Positions 1 to 12,425 of a DNA stretch of 44,572 nucleotides are shown piece after piece. The notes beneath the pieces were generated by a model. That model searched no databases. It saw only the letters and a list, made by a program, of their open reading frames with translations, and was not told where the DNA came from. Source of the DNA: Octopus bimaculoides (taxonomy: Eukaryota); assembly GCF_001194135.2 (NCBI RefSeq), contig NC_069002.1, positions 30,215,938 to 30,260,509 of the forward strand. The letters run 5' to 3'. The position numbers and the translations under genes were made by a program. Within the stretch, counting starts at the first letter, position 1, and each line of letters opens with the position of its first letter.

Positions 1-120
1 GTTCGATTCTAACATATGTATGCTGTTGTTTTAAGTCAATAAAATTACAACAGAGCCCACTGCCACCATCATCACGGATTAAAGCAAATCCACTCAAAAA
101 AAAATTATTATTATTATTTT

Positions 121-430
121 ACAGGCGTGGATGTACGGTTTGCTTTCTAACTATAGTTCCGGGTTTACAACCACTACGTGGAACCTTAGGCAAGTGTCTC
201 TTATTGCCTCGGGCGGGAAGTGTCTTTGATAGATGGAAACTGAAAGAAATTCATTGTATCTTTGTGTCCTCAATTATCGCTTGACAGCCGGTGGTGGTGT
301 GTGTACGTCCACGTAACTTGGCAGTTCGGATAAAGAGAACGATAGAATAAGTACCAGGCTTTAAAAAAAATAATAATAATGAAGTTCAAGGTAAGTGCTC
401 CAGCATGGCCGCAATCTAATGACTGACAAA
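121..430 (+). mobile_element. SINE family A copy, strongly diverged
   Basis: ccttaggcaagtgtctc, gatggaaactgaaagaaa, gatagaataagtaccaggc, gtgctccagcatggccgca. Confidence 0.7.
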
Positions 431-2579
431 AGGGAAAGATTTCCCCCTCACATTTTCATGTCTTTTTTTCTTCCTGGTGAAGTATGAGACTTCGAAGTAG
501 TTATTCCAAATCCTCTGCCACTAGATTGATTGGGAAAACTGCTAAAGTAGACGACCACCACCGAAGCTAAACACAAAAACGTTAGCAAGCAAGCGATATA
601 GGGTTCGCGTCTCAGCAAGGGACCTGTTTTTTTTAATTTATTTATTTTGTTCTTGGACTAATTGACCATAATTTTAGAGTAAGGAACATTAACAGTAATA
701 CACATCTAGGACTTCAGAGGGAGGGGAAAGAAAAGAATAATTTAGTACAGTACATAAATAGTGAGCGAGGCACTTGATCAGGCATAAGCATTGTGTTTGG
801 CATTAAGCCATGAATTTCTATGAGAAGAACATTAGAGGCTGTTAGGTACAGCCACACCATTTATATATGGCGAGCTTACGATTCAGAAATACAAATTCCT
901 AAGTTACACCGACGATCGCCCATATATAAGTTTAGTGTCGACTGTCTGAAGGCAATCGATATTATTGACTTGCCTGTAGACCTTCGGCATTCTAAGGCAG
1001 AAATAGTAGCAAGGCACCGACTCGACTGAAATATAATACACACAGATGGTTAACACAAGTATATATCAAATTAGTTTGATAATATATTTTAATATATATT
1101 TATTATATTTTATATATATTTAATATATTTTGGCGAATGCCGATATTTTATATATTACACACACGCACATGAGAGCACAATAAGATTTACTGCATAGAGA
1201 AAAAATATATCTTTTGTACAGATGTTCACAACTTTTATAAAAACTACATCTGCTAAGCAAATGATTGTCTCTGAATGCATTAAAACCACTAATATGATTT
1301 CAGGTAATTATCTCCGTTTGTCTCTGAACGTATAACAGACAAATTTAGATAATGACAAAGATAAGGTAAATTTTCCTTTTTCAATTCTGCAGAATTACAT
1401 TTGGAAAAAAAAAAAAAAAACTGATGCACATCAATAGCAATCAGGGAGATCAGAAATGCTGCAAACATTTTATAATAGCGGCTTTCTTTCGTTTTAACTA
1501 TGTCAAATGAAAGAAGATCATAGAAAAATGATACATGGTATGAAATTAATGCAACTTGACTAAATTCTCAATAGCTTTTTCACGACCTGCTTGAATGGCT
1601 CTTTTCCCGATATATTTGCGCACCATGCAGTAGAAGAGACGAAAGCATTGAAATTAGTAGTTACTAATTTTGCCACAGTTTAGGTAACACTTTTTCGAAA
1701 TTATCAAAGTAGACAGTTGTGAGGAGAAAATAGTCTTGGAATCCAACTGATTGTTAATTATGCAGATATTAAGCAACGTCAATTATACAATTGGGTCAAA
1801 GTTGAAAAATTGTAACACAACTGTGCCGACCAATTTTGACTCCCTAAGATGATGCAAGAGTACAAAATAGTGATGCGATACTTGCAAATGTAATGATTTC
1901 AAACAGGTAGGAGAGAAGATAAGGAGAAATCAGAAATTACTCATTTTGCCACCCACCAACCAGTTTATATATTAAGCATGTGTGTAGAAGATTACCGATT
2001 GACACGTGGTCCAAAAGAACCTAGTTACCTTTTTTCAACTAATTCGATTCCATTGTTGCTTACAATAATAATCGTTCCTAAATGTTTTTTTTCCCGAAAC
2101 CCTAAACAAAAATAAAAATATCTAAGTACGATATTTTAACAGATTCGAACGTTTCGATATCTAAAGCAGAAACAAAAATACTTTTTTTTTTCCTCCCCTT
2201 GTCAATGATGGTTGGTGGTAGGTATATGGATGCAACGGAATGAATAATGATAAAATAAAACCTTTCAACTTCAAATATACATATTTAACAAGGAAAATTA
2301 AGGACCATCTTTTAATACAAGTATTTTTTTTTTCTCAAAATTCTTGTTCTAATAAAACAAAGTGAAATAAATGATCGCCAAATGTAGGATTTATTTCGTA
2401 ACGATCATCTTCATATTACATACAGCATTGCACACAACAAAGCTTACCGAATTGCATCTCAATCGATTAATCAGTAAATTAACTAAATTGGTTATTATAG
2501 TTTCCCCCCTATTCTACAAAAGGTTCATAATTTTTAATACAAATCAAGACGAAACAGTTAAACTATCCCACAGCAACTT

Positions 2580-2590
2580 CGCGCCATTTT
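2580..2590 (-). promoter_or_regulatory. YY1-type motif AAAATGGCGCG, candidate TSS-proximal element of a leftward transcript
   Basis: Plus-strand cgcgccatttt in SINE-free sequence, with a donor TCG|gtaagc about 130 nt downstream on -. Confidence 0.3.
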
Positions 2591-4078
2591 ATTTACCGCA
2601 CAATGAAAGCAGATTATGGAAAATTTAGCTTTTCCGGTTAATTTCCCATCTGACCCAACATGCTGTAAATATTTGAGGTTCGATGTCTGGAATTATGTGT
2701 GGAAATGGTACAAATATATCAACTAGTCAAACAAACATTCTTCACAACGTCCATAACGATAAAGATTCTGTTATATTTATCGATAATAAAACTCCAGACC
2801 ACGTTTTAAAACACCAATGTCTAAAAAGAATTCTCAACCGCAAAAAATATATACATGTATAAAATTAATTAAAATAGGGGAAAATGTGAAAGAATGATTT
2901 TAAAAGAAGGTAGGATAAATAAATTAAGGAATATAGAAATAAATAAGATGATTATACCTGTTATATGTGAGTGTGAAGCAATTAGTTGCGTGGTCTGTGT
3001 GGAGGATCAGAGAGTGAAATGCGATGTCTTTGAAAGAAGACAGCAAACTGAAGCACATGGATTGCAGAAATATAATTATGGGATGGCACGAAATTCAGGT
3101 ATCACGAAAAACCTGGCGGGAGCGCCAAAAACGGTTTGATGTTTTTCACATCTTTTATTCGTAGCTAATTATCCTTGACTTTGATTAACAATATATGTAT
3201 ATTCATTTAGTTTCATTGTGACATTTAAATAAAGAAAATCGCGGGAAACAAAAATAGTGTTTATTTTTTTTTATTAACCGATTTCGGTTTGTGTGTGTGT
3301 GTAAATATTTATTTATTACATAAGACAGGTTGTATAAAATTATATCGTATCTTCACACAAATACCACGATTTTAATTAATCATTTCTTTAAAATATTTGT
3401 CGCAAAACCATTTCGATTCTCAAGTAGCCAGATTTCTTTGAAAATGTGCCGCTTTCAAAAAAAAAAAAATTACAAAGCTGGGAATAACCAGTCGTATACG
3501 CAGACACGCGAAAACATGTGTCCTTTTAAAGGCGTTCCAAACGTGATCATCCCGTCTCTTAAAAGCTTTCGAGCGTCACCATCCCATCTTTTAATCGTAA
3601 CCTTCCCGCGTTCCAAATTTGACCATCTCCGCTACCTTACTATATTTTAAGACGCATTAGTGTAGGAAAATAACAAAAAGTGGAATGGTCGCGAATGTAG
3701 TTGTGTAAGAAGGTGGGGAACAAAATAAGTAATTTCTGATTTCTCGTTATTTTTTTTTCCCTCCCTGTTTGAAACCATTACAATTGCAGGTTTAGCATAG
3801 CCCTTTTGAAATGTCGCATCAGTTTTGGGAGTAAAAATTGGTCAGCGTAGCTGCTGAAGCTGAGACAATCTGGAACGTAGTCAAGGGCACTGAGGCAACT
3901 ATTCTACGGCCGGATGATCTTCCCATCGCCAAACCTCACTTGCTTCTAAGCAAAATATATCGCCATGGCCAGACATGTTTCTACAGAACACTAGAAACGT
4001 TGACACTCATTTACAAAGATCATGCGTTTAAAGGCAAGACCGTAACACACAAACACACTTCATACATGCAATACGTAC

Positions 4079-4117
<39 letters not shown>

Positions 4118-5170
4118 GCGCTGGATTAAGCATTAAGCAAAATAAGCACGTGCTTAGGACATCAAGGGAAGGAGGGGAGCACTACAGAAATGGTAAATGG
4201 TTTACGACACAAAAGAAATCACTTTAAACTCGCTAAAATAATATTCGGGATGCCTTTATCTCTACTAAATATAGATGCAGATGTCTTACCTAAGATTAAT
4301 TTTGAGAATCTGATCAAAGACTTTTTACAATTCAAAAAAGTAGGAAGAAAGTTTTCAAATATAAATAAAGTGGAAGTATACAAAAATAAAAATTATTTTC
4401 CCTCTTACTGTTTTGTTTCGTTCTGAAAACTAAAAATTTATTTTATGCTTTATTATTTATATTTCGAATTACATAATCTTTTATGGGGGCACCAAAATCT
4501 TTTAAGTGCTTAGGGTCTTAATATAGCTCTGCATATATATATATATATATATAAGAACGATGGCTACAAACTCGTGTTCGAGTACTGCCATCGCCTGATC
4601 GAAAGTCCCTCACATGCGAAGGCTACGACCAGCCATTTTTGTGATAGGTAATTTTTTTCAAGCGATGCCTCGTATTTTCATATTCCCGTGCATACATACA
4701 CAGGTACACATATTGTTGGGTGGCCGTTGACTGTTCATGAACAGGTCTTATTCTTCTTTCTGCACGGTAACTAACAATCACCCTCCTCACCAAGCAAGCT
4801 TGATGGGGTTGCCAGTTTAGTCGCCCACGACCCGACCATGCAACAGGTTGTATTGAGTTATGACGGCTTCAGTTTGTCTACCAAATCCACTCATAAGGCT
4901 TTGGTTGCCCGAGTGTCCACGCAGTGAAACTGAACCTCGAACTACGTGGTTGGGAAGCAAGATTCTTACCACACAGCCACGCCTGCAATAATCTATTAAA
5001 GCCTAAATATTATGCAGAGGTTGTAGCTCTTTCTAGCAGATTGAATGTGCACATGGAGGGTTCTTTGTATGTCGCTAATTGTTGTTGCTGCCGCCCTAGA
5101 TCATTTCTGATCCAGCAAGCTTGGATCAGAATAATAATAATAGGAACAACAACTATAATAATAATGGTTT

Positions 5171-5572
5171 AAATTTTGGTGCGAGGCCAGCAATTTCGGG
5201 AGAGCTGGTAAATCGATTACATCAACCTCAATACCCAACTAATACTTATTTTATCAACTCAGAAAGGATGAAAGGCAAGCATTTTGTCTGATAAGCCAGC
5301 TCGCCACCTTAATAAATTATCATCATTATTATAATACAAGGCGACGAGCTGGCAGAATCGTTAGCCCCCCCCACCCGGGCGAAATGCTTTGCGATATTTC
5401 GTCTGTCATCACGTTCTGAGTTCAAATGCCGCCGGGGTCGACTTTACCTTTCATCCTTTCGGGATCGATAAATTAAGTACCAGTTACACACTAGGGTCGA
5501 TGTAATCAACTGGTCCCTTCCCCAAAAGATGTCAAGCTTTGTGCCTATAGTAGAAAGGATCATTACTATTAT
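5171..5572. mobile_element. Two SINE family B copies in divergent orientation (5171-5312 minus, 5337-5572 plus)
   Basis: gccagctcgccacctt on the left and aaggcgacgagctggcagaatcg on the right. Confidence 0.75.
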
Positions 5573-6404
5573 AATGATAGAAATTGTCACCAGACGTTTT
5601 TCTTTTTTTTTTTTTTTTCGTTTCATGACTGTTTATTGCCCAAAACTCCTGTAATTTTGAATTCTTTCGTTTACACTCATTTACAACAGTCAAATCAAGG
5701 CAAAATACGTTAGTTGTAACATGCATTTAAATTATAAGATCTGAGGACCAGTTACACACATACATACATAGATAAGTACAGACACACACATACATACACA
5801 AGTACAGAGGCATAAGTACACACACATACACATACCCACAAACACACAAAACACGTACATACACATACATGATCTACACACACACACATCCACACTGGGC
5901 GGTAAAACACATTATCAACGAAAATAGAACTTGTTAAATTCAGAATCCAAAATACCAAAACGTAAGTCATTCTATCTCAGTATGGTCTTTTACTATCTTG
6001 ACCTAACAAACTGGTAACTCGTTTAAACAAAAGGCTAGCGTTTCCTAAAGGAAAATAAATGAGATTTATGACGTTCATGCTTTTATGAAAATTAAAACGT
6101 ATCAAAGAAAATATTTGTCAATCCCTAAATTTATTAGATTTATATTTATAATCAGAATTATCTCCCCTGGACTAGAAAATTCGCTAATTCCAACCCAGAA
6201 ATGCACCGCATACGGCAGAAAAAACTTCCATATTTTATACTGCCGTTACGGCAGCGCTAATAAAGTTAGCTAAATGGTACTGGTACTGTCATGTAGCTAA
6301 TGTTTTACTGTTTTGAGAGTAGTGGCTATGATATTTTAGATTGTTGCATATTTTGCGTTTATTGTTGGAAGATTTGATGTCAGACTAGTGAATCTGACAT
6401 TTTT

Positions 6405-6737
6405 TTGCCGCACCCAGGATTTAAGGCACAAAAGGACAAAGTGACGCTAATAGTGTGTGGCAATGCTGTTGGCTTCATGATGAAACCAGGATTTATCTAC
6501 AAGTCTGCGAACTTGAGGGCTTTCAAAAATATGACTAAAAACCTGCTGCCTGTCCAATAGATGCTTAACCCCAAGACTTGGATTAGCAAAAGTCTAACTT
6601 TGAATTGGTTCCACCAATGATTCATCCCTCAAGCCAAGGAATACCTCCAAAACGTATACATGGAATTCCAGGTGTTGCTTGCTGTGGATAATGCTGGTGG
6701 TCACACTTTGGATTTGAATCACGAGGGAGTTCTTATC
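6405..6737 (+). mobile_element. Decayed pogo/Tigger-type transposase fragment (DDE_1 region)
   Basis: One frame from 6414 reads PGFKAQKDKVTLIVCGNAVGFMMKPGFIYKSANLRAFKN...TWISKSLTLNWFHQ*FIPQAKEYL...VLLAVDNAGGH, with stops at 6558 and 6618. Confidence 0.85.
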
Positions 6738-7017
6738 TGGCCACCACAGTCCCCAGGTCTCAATATTATTGAACATTTATGGTGCATTTTAGAGAAACAA
6801 GTAAGGCGTCAATATCCTCCACCATCATCACTACAAGAACTGGAGACTGTTTTAGCTGAAGAATAGACAAAAATTCCTTTGGAAACAATTCAAATTTTGT
6901 ACAAGTTCATACCTCGTAGAATTCAAGGTGTAATTACTGCCAAAGGCAGTCCCACCCTATATTAAAATAAATCTGGTTGAAATTTTAAGGTGTTTCCATT
7001 ACTTAGTCCAACCCCTG
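6738..7017 (+). mobile_element. Tc1-type transposase C-terminus plus right TIR
   Basis: WPPQSPGLNIIEHLW...EE*TKIPLETIQILYKFIPRRIQGVITAKGSPTLY*, then gtccaacccctg followed by TA at 7018-7019. Confidence 0.88.
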
Positions 7018-7375
7018 TATATATATATATGTATGTATGTATATATATGTTGGTTTACTCTGAGGTCTCTTTTCTCCTTTTATCTAACCCATAACAGTTG
7101 TTTGGACATGTGTTGATCAGATTCCCTTCTCAGATAACCAATCCAGAAAAGTGAATTTCAATCTCAATGCCAGCCACATCAGCACACTCAATTACTTCAG
7201 AATCCAATACTTTGAGCATTGATCTGACTTTCAGTATAGAGAGCAAATACAACTGATGAAATTGCTCAAGTAATTTGAGATGCATCCTATATACTACCTA
7301 TGCTTCACAATCTGTTAAGTTATCTTGCTCTGTTTCCAATAAGATCTGCAGAAGTAAATTTGGGTTGATTAGGTA

Positions 7376-7592
7376 CAAGGGGGTACTGAAAAGTTCCTGG
7401 CTTTAAGGGTATTGTGAAAGGCCTGGTTGGAGGCCCAATCTTCTGAGTTCTTTTACAAGGCTTAGAAGAATTTAAGGACCTCTGCAATAAGTGTTTGAAT
7501 CTGAGAGCGGAATATCTTTAATAAAATCATATTTAACTGATTCGCCTGTATTTTCTTTTACCCAACGACAGGAACATTTCAGCACTCCTTCA
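7376..7592. mobile_element. Mariner-like MITE (TIR about GAGGGGGTGCTGAAAAGTTCCTGG), copy 1
   Basis: Inverted termini flanked by TA; near-identical copies at 8021, 32176 and 40318. Confidence 0.75.
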
Positions 7593-7621
7593 TATATATA
7601 TATAATATACATATATATAAA

Positions 7622-7785
7622 GGCGTAGGAGTGGCTGTGTGGTAAGTAGCTTGCTACCAACCACATGGTTCTGGGTCCAGTCCCACTGCGTGACACATTG
7701 GGCAAGTGTCTTCTACTATAGCCTTGGGCCAACCAAAGCCTTGTGAATGGATTTGGTAGATGGAAACTGAAAGAAGACCGTCGTG

Positions 7786-7816
<31 letters not shown>

Positions 7817-8018
7817 GTTTGTGTATCTGTGTTTGTCCCCCCAACATCGCTTAACAACCGATGCTGGTGTGTTTACATCCCCGTAAATTAGCGGTTCAGC
7901 AAAAGAGATCGATAGAATAAGTACTAAGCTTCCAAAGAATAAGTCCTGGGGTCGATTTGCTCGACTAAAGGCGTGCCCTCGCATGGCCACAGTCAAATGA
8001 CTGAAACAAGTAAAAGAG
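7622..8018 (+). mobile_element. SINE family A copy
   Basis: Co-linear with 35722-36132. Confidence 0.85.
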
Positions 8019-8020
8019 TA

Positions 8021-8236
8021 AAGGGGTTGCTGAAAAGTTCCTAGCTTTAAGGGTATCACAAAAGGCCTGGTCAGAGGCCGAATCTTCTGAGTTCTATTAC
8101 AGGGCTTAGAAAAACTGAAGGACCACTGCAATAAGTGCGTGAATCTGAGAGGGGAATATGTCGGATAAAATCATAATTAACTGATCCTCCTATGTTTTCT
8201 TTTACCTAACACCAAGAAATTTTCAACACCCCTTTG
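8021..8236. mobile_element. Mariner-like MITE, copy 2
   Basis: Same internal sequence and termini as 7376-7592, TA-flanked. Confidence 0.75.
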
Positions 8237-8439
8237 TATCAGAAATTTCACAAGATCAATTTGCAGCAGCCTTCACAATGCAATCAAACAGTTTCATGTC
8301 TGTAGGGAAAAGTCTGAAAATCTCTTGTGGGACCCTAAGGAGTCATTTCCTACCACATAATACGTAGACTATCTCTAACCATCTTTTAGTAATTTTAACC
8401 TTTCCTTACCGTATTTCTGTTGGTATACAATGCAGTGAA

Positions 8440-8760
8440 GGTGCATGGCTCAGTGATTAGAGCATTGGGTTCACAATCATGAAGTAGTGAGTTCGATTCC
8501 TGGACTGGGCTGTGTTCTTGAGCAAGACACTTTCTTTCACGTTGCTCCAGTTCACTCAGCTGTAGAAATGAGTTGCAACATCCCTGGTGCCAAGCTGTAT
8601 CAGCTTCTTCCTTTCCCTTGGTGGTATGAAGAGAGGAGGCTGGTATGCATTGGTGGCTGCTAGTCTTCCATAAACAACCGTGCCTGGACTTGTGCCTCAG
8701 AGAGGAACTTTCTAGACACAATCCCATGGTAATTCATCACCAAAGAGGGTCTTTACCCTT
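8440..8760 (+). mobile_element. tRNA-derived SINE family E (CORE-like central block)
   Basis: ggctcagtgattagagc and gagttcgattcc boxes, then cttgagcaagacact...gttgctccagttcactcagctg. Partial copies near 33505-33620 and 40800-40980. Confidence 0.7.
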
Positions 8761-9333
8761 TGCCTTTTTATACAATGCTGCTGTTTCAATTAATTCGGAA
8801 AATAATGAATAATTAGTAGAATAATTTTGTCATTATTAAACTGGTAATTGGAACATAAATTAACATGAAATTTTGAGGGAAGATTTTAATTTAGCGAATT
8901 ATTTAATTAAGAAAATCTCTATTTGAGACAAAAGCAGAATTTATACTGAGAAGTAATGTTTATTGCCACCTAAATGTGGATGTTCTATAAGAACAAACGA
9001 TACTGCTATTTTAACCCCAGGAGGGTGCCTTCTCCAGCTGGTTATTCAGTGCACTTTGCACTTGATATGCATTGCAAGTGGAGAGAGTACTCCCTATTAT
9101 TCTAGCTTGGAGACCATCAGATCATGTGATTTCAATTTTATTTTGATCATCTTCAATGATGGATACTCGTCCACTAGACATAGCAGTGGTTTAATTTAGA
9201 TCCCATTGAAACAGCAAGTTTGTATCATAGAACCAAGGTCAGTCTCAGGCAGGTTGGTATGAAAAGGGTCAAACTGTTGTGAATATTTAACTCCATATTA
9301 TTTGTGAGTTAGCGTGTTGTTAGTTTTGAATTA

Positions 9334-9630
9334 CAGGGTGTCCACAAGGTCTGGGTACATGGAGTAAATAAAAATATAACATAAACAATTAAATATAAGA
9401 AATAATAATTTCTTAAAGTATGCGTTAATCCCCATGTGGGTACATGGAGTAAATAAAATCATAATATAAACAATTAAATATAAGAAATAATAATTTCTTA
9501 AAGTATGCGTTAATCCCCATGTGGGTACATGGAGTAAATAAAAATATAACATAAACAATTAAATATAAGAAATAATAATTTCTTAAAGTATGTGTTAATC
9601 CCCATGTACCCAGACTTTGTGGACACCCTG
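9334..9630. mobile_element. Tc1/mariner MITE with 29-bp TIRs, TA TSD and three internal 85-bp repeats
   Basis: TA|CAGGGTGTCCACAAGGTCTGGGTACATGG ... CCATGTACCCAGACTTTGTGGACACCCTG|TA, with units starting at 9353, 9438 and 9523. Confidence 0.88.
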
Positions 9631-9721
9631 TAGTTTGTATACGTACTCTCTATATACGTAATATGTTAATGTTGATGATGAGATGGGTCAGATTCAATTA
9701 ACAAGTCCAGTCAGCATACAT

Positions 9722-9948
9722 CTCTTTAGCATTTAAACTGGCCATACCCAGCCAAAATATTCTATTTGTTTTATGTTCAAACTGGCCAGGTCTGGCCTCT
9801 CATACCTACCTGACAATGTCGTACTGAAAATAAATAATTTCTGGAACCATAGTCTCAAAGATAATGCTACAAGATAAAGCATGATTAACTCAAGATAATG
9901 TGAATAAGCATGACATTTGACAAAATAATCTGAATGCTAAGGGGTTAA
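9722..9948. mobile_element. Possible piggyBac-type MITE
   Basis: Right end aatctgaatgctaaggggTTAA and a degenerate left end ctttagcatt. The same right end recurs at about 36134-36156. Confidence 0.4.
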
Positions 9949-10059
9949 ATATGTGTGTGTGTGTATACATGCGTGTGTGTGTGTGTGTGTGTGTATGCAT
10001 GTGCGTACATTTGATAATGTTTACAACACTAGTGCTGCTTCTCATTCATATTTGAAATG

Positions 10060-11222
10060 TCACACACTTGATGAACCAGTCGGTGCTGCTGTCACGTACA
10101 AAAGCCCCCAGTCCACACTGTGAAGGGGCTGGCATTTGGAAGGGCATCCAGATGTAAAAACCAAGCCAAAACTGACCTTGCCAGTCCTAGTGTCACATAA
10201 AAAGCACTCAGTCCACACTGTGAAGTGGCTGGCATTTGGAAGGGCATCCAGCCATAAAAACCATGTCAAAACAGACACAGTGGCCTGCAGTNNNNNNNNN
10301 NNNNNNNNNNNNNNNNNNNNNNNNNNNNNNNNNNNNNNNNNNNNNNNNNNNNNNNNNNNNNNNNNNNNNNNNNNNNNNNNNNNNNNNNNNNNNNNNNNNN
10401 NNNNNNNNNNNNNNNNNNNNNNNNNNNNNNNNNNNNNNNNNNNNNNNNNNNNNNNNNNNNNNNNNNNNNNNNNNNNNNNNNNNNNNNNNNNNNNNNNNNN
10501 NNNNNNNNNNNNNNNNNNNNNNNNNNNNNNNNNNNNNNNNNNNNNNNNNNNNNNNNNNNNNNNNNNNNNNNNNNNNNNNNNNNNNNNNNNNNNNNNNNNN
10601 NNNNNNNNNNNNNNNNNNNNNNNNNNNNNNNNNNNNNNNNNNNNNNNNNNNNNNNNNNNNNNNNNNNNNNNNNNNNNNNNNNNNNNNNNNNNNNNNNNNN
10701 NNNNNNNNNNNNNNNNNNNNNNNNNNNNNNNNNNNNNNNNNNNNNNNNNNNNNNNNNNNNNNNNNNNNNNNNNNNNNNNNNNNNNNNNNNNNNNNNNNNN
10801 NNNNNNNNNNNNNNNNNNNNNNNNNNNNNNNNNNNNNNNNNNNNNNNNNNNNNNNNNNNNNNNNNNNNNNNNNNNNNNNNNNNNNNNNNNNNNNNNNNNN
10901 NAAAACCAAGCCAAAACTGACCTTGCCAGTCCTAGTGTCACATAAAAAGCACTCAGTCCACACTGTGAAGTGGCTGGCATTTGGAAGGGCATCCAGATGT
11001 AAAAACCAAGCCAAAACTGACCTTGCCAGTCCTAGTGTCACATAAAAAGCACTCAGTCCACACTGTGAAGTGGCTGGCATTTGGAAGGGCATCCAGCCAT
11101 AAAAACCATGTCAAAACAGACACAGTGGCCTGCAGTAGTCTTTTATCAGGCCAGCTCCGTCAAACCGTCCAATCCATGCCTGCATGGAAGGTAGATATTA
11201 AATGATGATGATGATGATGATG
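10060..11222 (+). mobile_element. Family C-related element with a tandemly repeated 100-bp segment, interrupted by a gap
   Basis: The unit catttggaagggcatccagatgtaaaaacc...gtggctgg occurs on both sides of gap 10292-10900; (GAT)n tail at about 11203-11222. Confidence 0.7.
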
Positions 11223-11567
11223 TATACATCATCATGGCATACCAGCAAATGTTTTTCTTTTACATTATTTGTGTATAATCATAAACAGGTGAGTCAGCTT
11301 GCATCTGATTTGATTCAAAAATGTGATGTTGATAAGCCACAAAAAAATAGCAATACATCAATGCCCATCACTCCTGAATGGGACTTGGGGTGAGTTTTCT
11401 CACCTGTCCATGATTTTCTAGTATTCTAATACCTTGCACCTTGAAGGAGTCATCTCCACCACGCTACTCCGCAGCCTACAGGCAAGCATGTAGAGCGCTC
11501 ATACACTGGGTGTGTGTGGCCTAAAATATGTGTGTATGTGTGTATACATATACATACATACACACAG

Positions 11568-11898
11568 TGGAGGCCCAGTGGTTAGGGCAGCGGACTTGCG
11601 GTCATAGGATCGCGGTTTCGATTCCCAGACTGGGCGTTGTGAGTGTTTATTGAGCGAAAACACCTAAAGCTCCATGAGGCTCCAGCAGGGGATGGTGGCG
11701 AACCCTGCTGTACTCTTTCACCACAACTTTCTCATTCTTACTTCCTGTTTCTGTTGTGCCTGTAATTCAAAGAGTCAGCCTTGTCACACTGTGTCACGCT
11801 GAATATCCCCGAGAACTACGTTAAAGGTACACGTGTCTGTGGAGTGCTCAGCCACTTGCACATTAATTTCACGAGCAGGCTGTTCCATTGATCGGATC
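11568..11898 (+). mobile_element. tRNA-derived SINE family D (runs into gap)
   Basis: A-box-like cagtggttagggc and B-box-like ggtttcgattccc, followed by a non-tRNA body. Confidence 0.75.
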
Positions 11899-12349
11899 NN
11901 NNNNNNNNNNNNNNNNNNNNNNNNNNNNNNNNNNNNNNNNNNNNNNNNNNNNNNNNNNNNNNNNNNNNNNNNNNNNNNNNNNNNNNNNNNNNNNNNNNNN
12001 NNNNNNNNNNNNNNNNNNNNNNNNNNNNNNNNNNNNNNNNNNNNNNNNNNNNNNNNNNNNNNNNNNNNNNNNNNNNNNNNNNNNNNNNNNNNNNNNNNNN
12101 NNNNNNNNNNNNNNNNNNNNNNNNNNNNNNNNNNNNNNNNNNNNNNNNNNNNNNNNNNNNNNNNNNNNNNNNNNNNNNNNNNNNNNNNNNNNNNNNNNNN
12201 NNNNNNNNNNNNNNNNNNNNNNNNNNNNNNNNNNNNNNNNNNNNNNNNNNNNNNNNNNNNNNNNNNNNNNNNNNNNNNNNNNNNNNNNNNNNNNNNNNNN
12301 NNNNNNNNNNNNNNNNNNNNNNNNNNNNNNNNNNNNNNNNNNNNNNNNN

Positions 12350-12392
<43 letters not shown>

Positions 12393-12425
12393 GTTTACAG
12401 ATACATTTGTATCTGTATGTATGTT

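Noticed and set aside
3838-4227. 129-aa plus ORF
   Set aside because: It starts at TTG, has no recognisable motif and its second half is AC/AT microsatellite.
7254-7290. Second hammerhead candidate (CTGATGA plus small stem)
   Set aside because: It is followed by TGAGA rather than GAAA, with no stem I or III.
9353-9607. CRISPR-like appearance of regular repeats (also 20849-20974 and 37581-38051)
   Set aside because: These are contiguous tandem units without unique spacers, there are no cas genes, and the context is eukaryotic.
11568-11640. tRNA genes at SINE heads (also 8440-8510 and 32652-32705)
   Set aside because: A and B boxes are present, but there is no acceptor-stem closure or terminator and the sequence runs on into SINE bodies.
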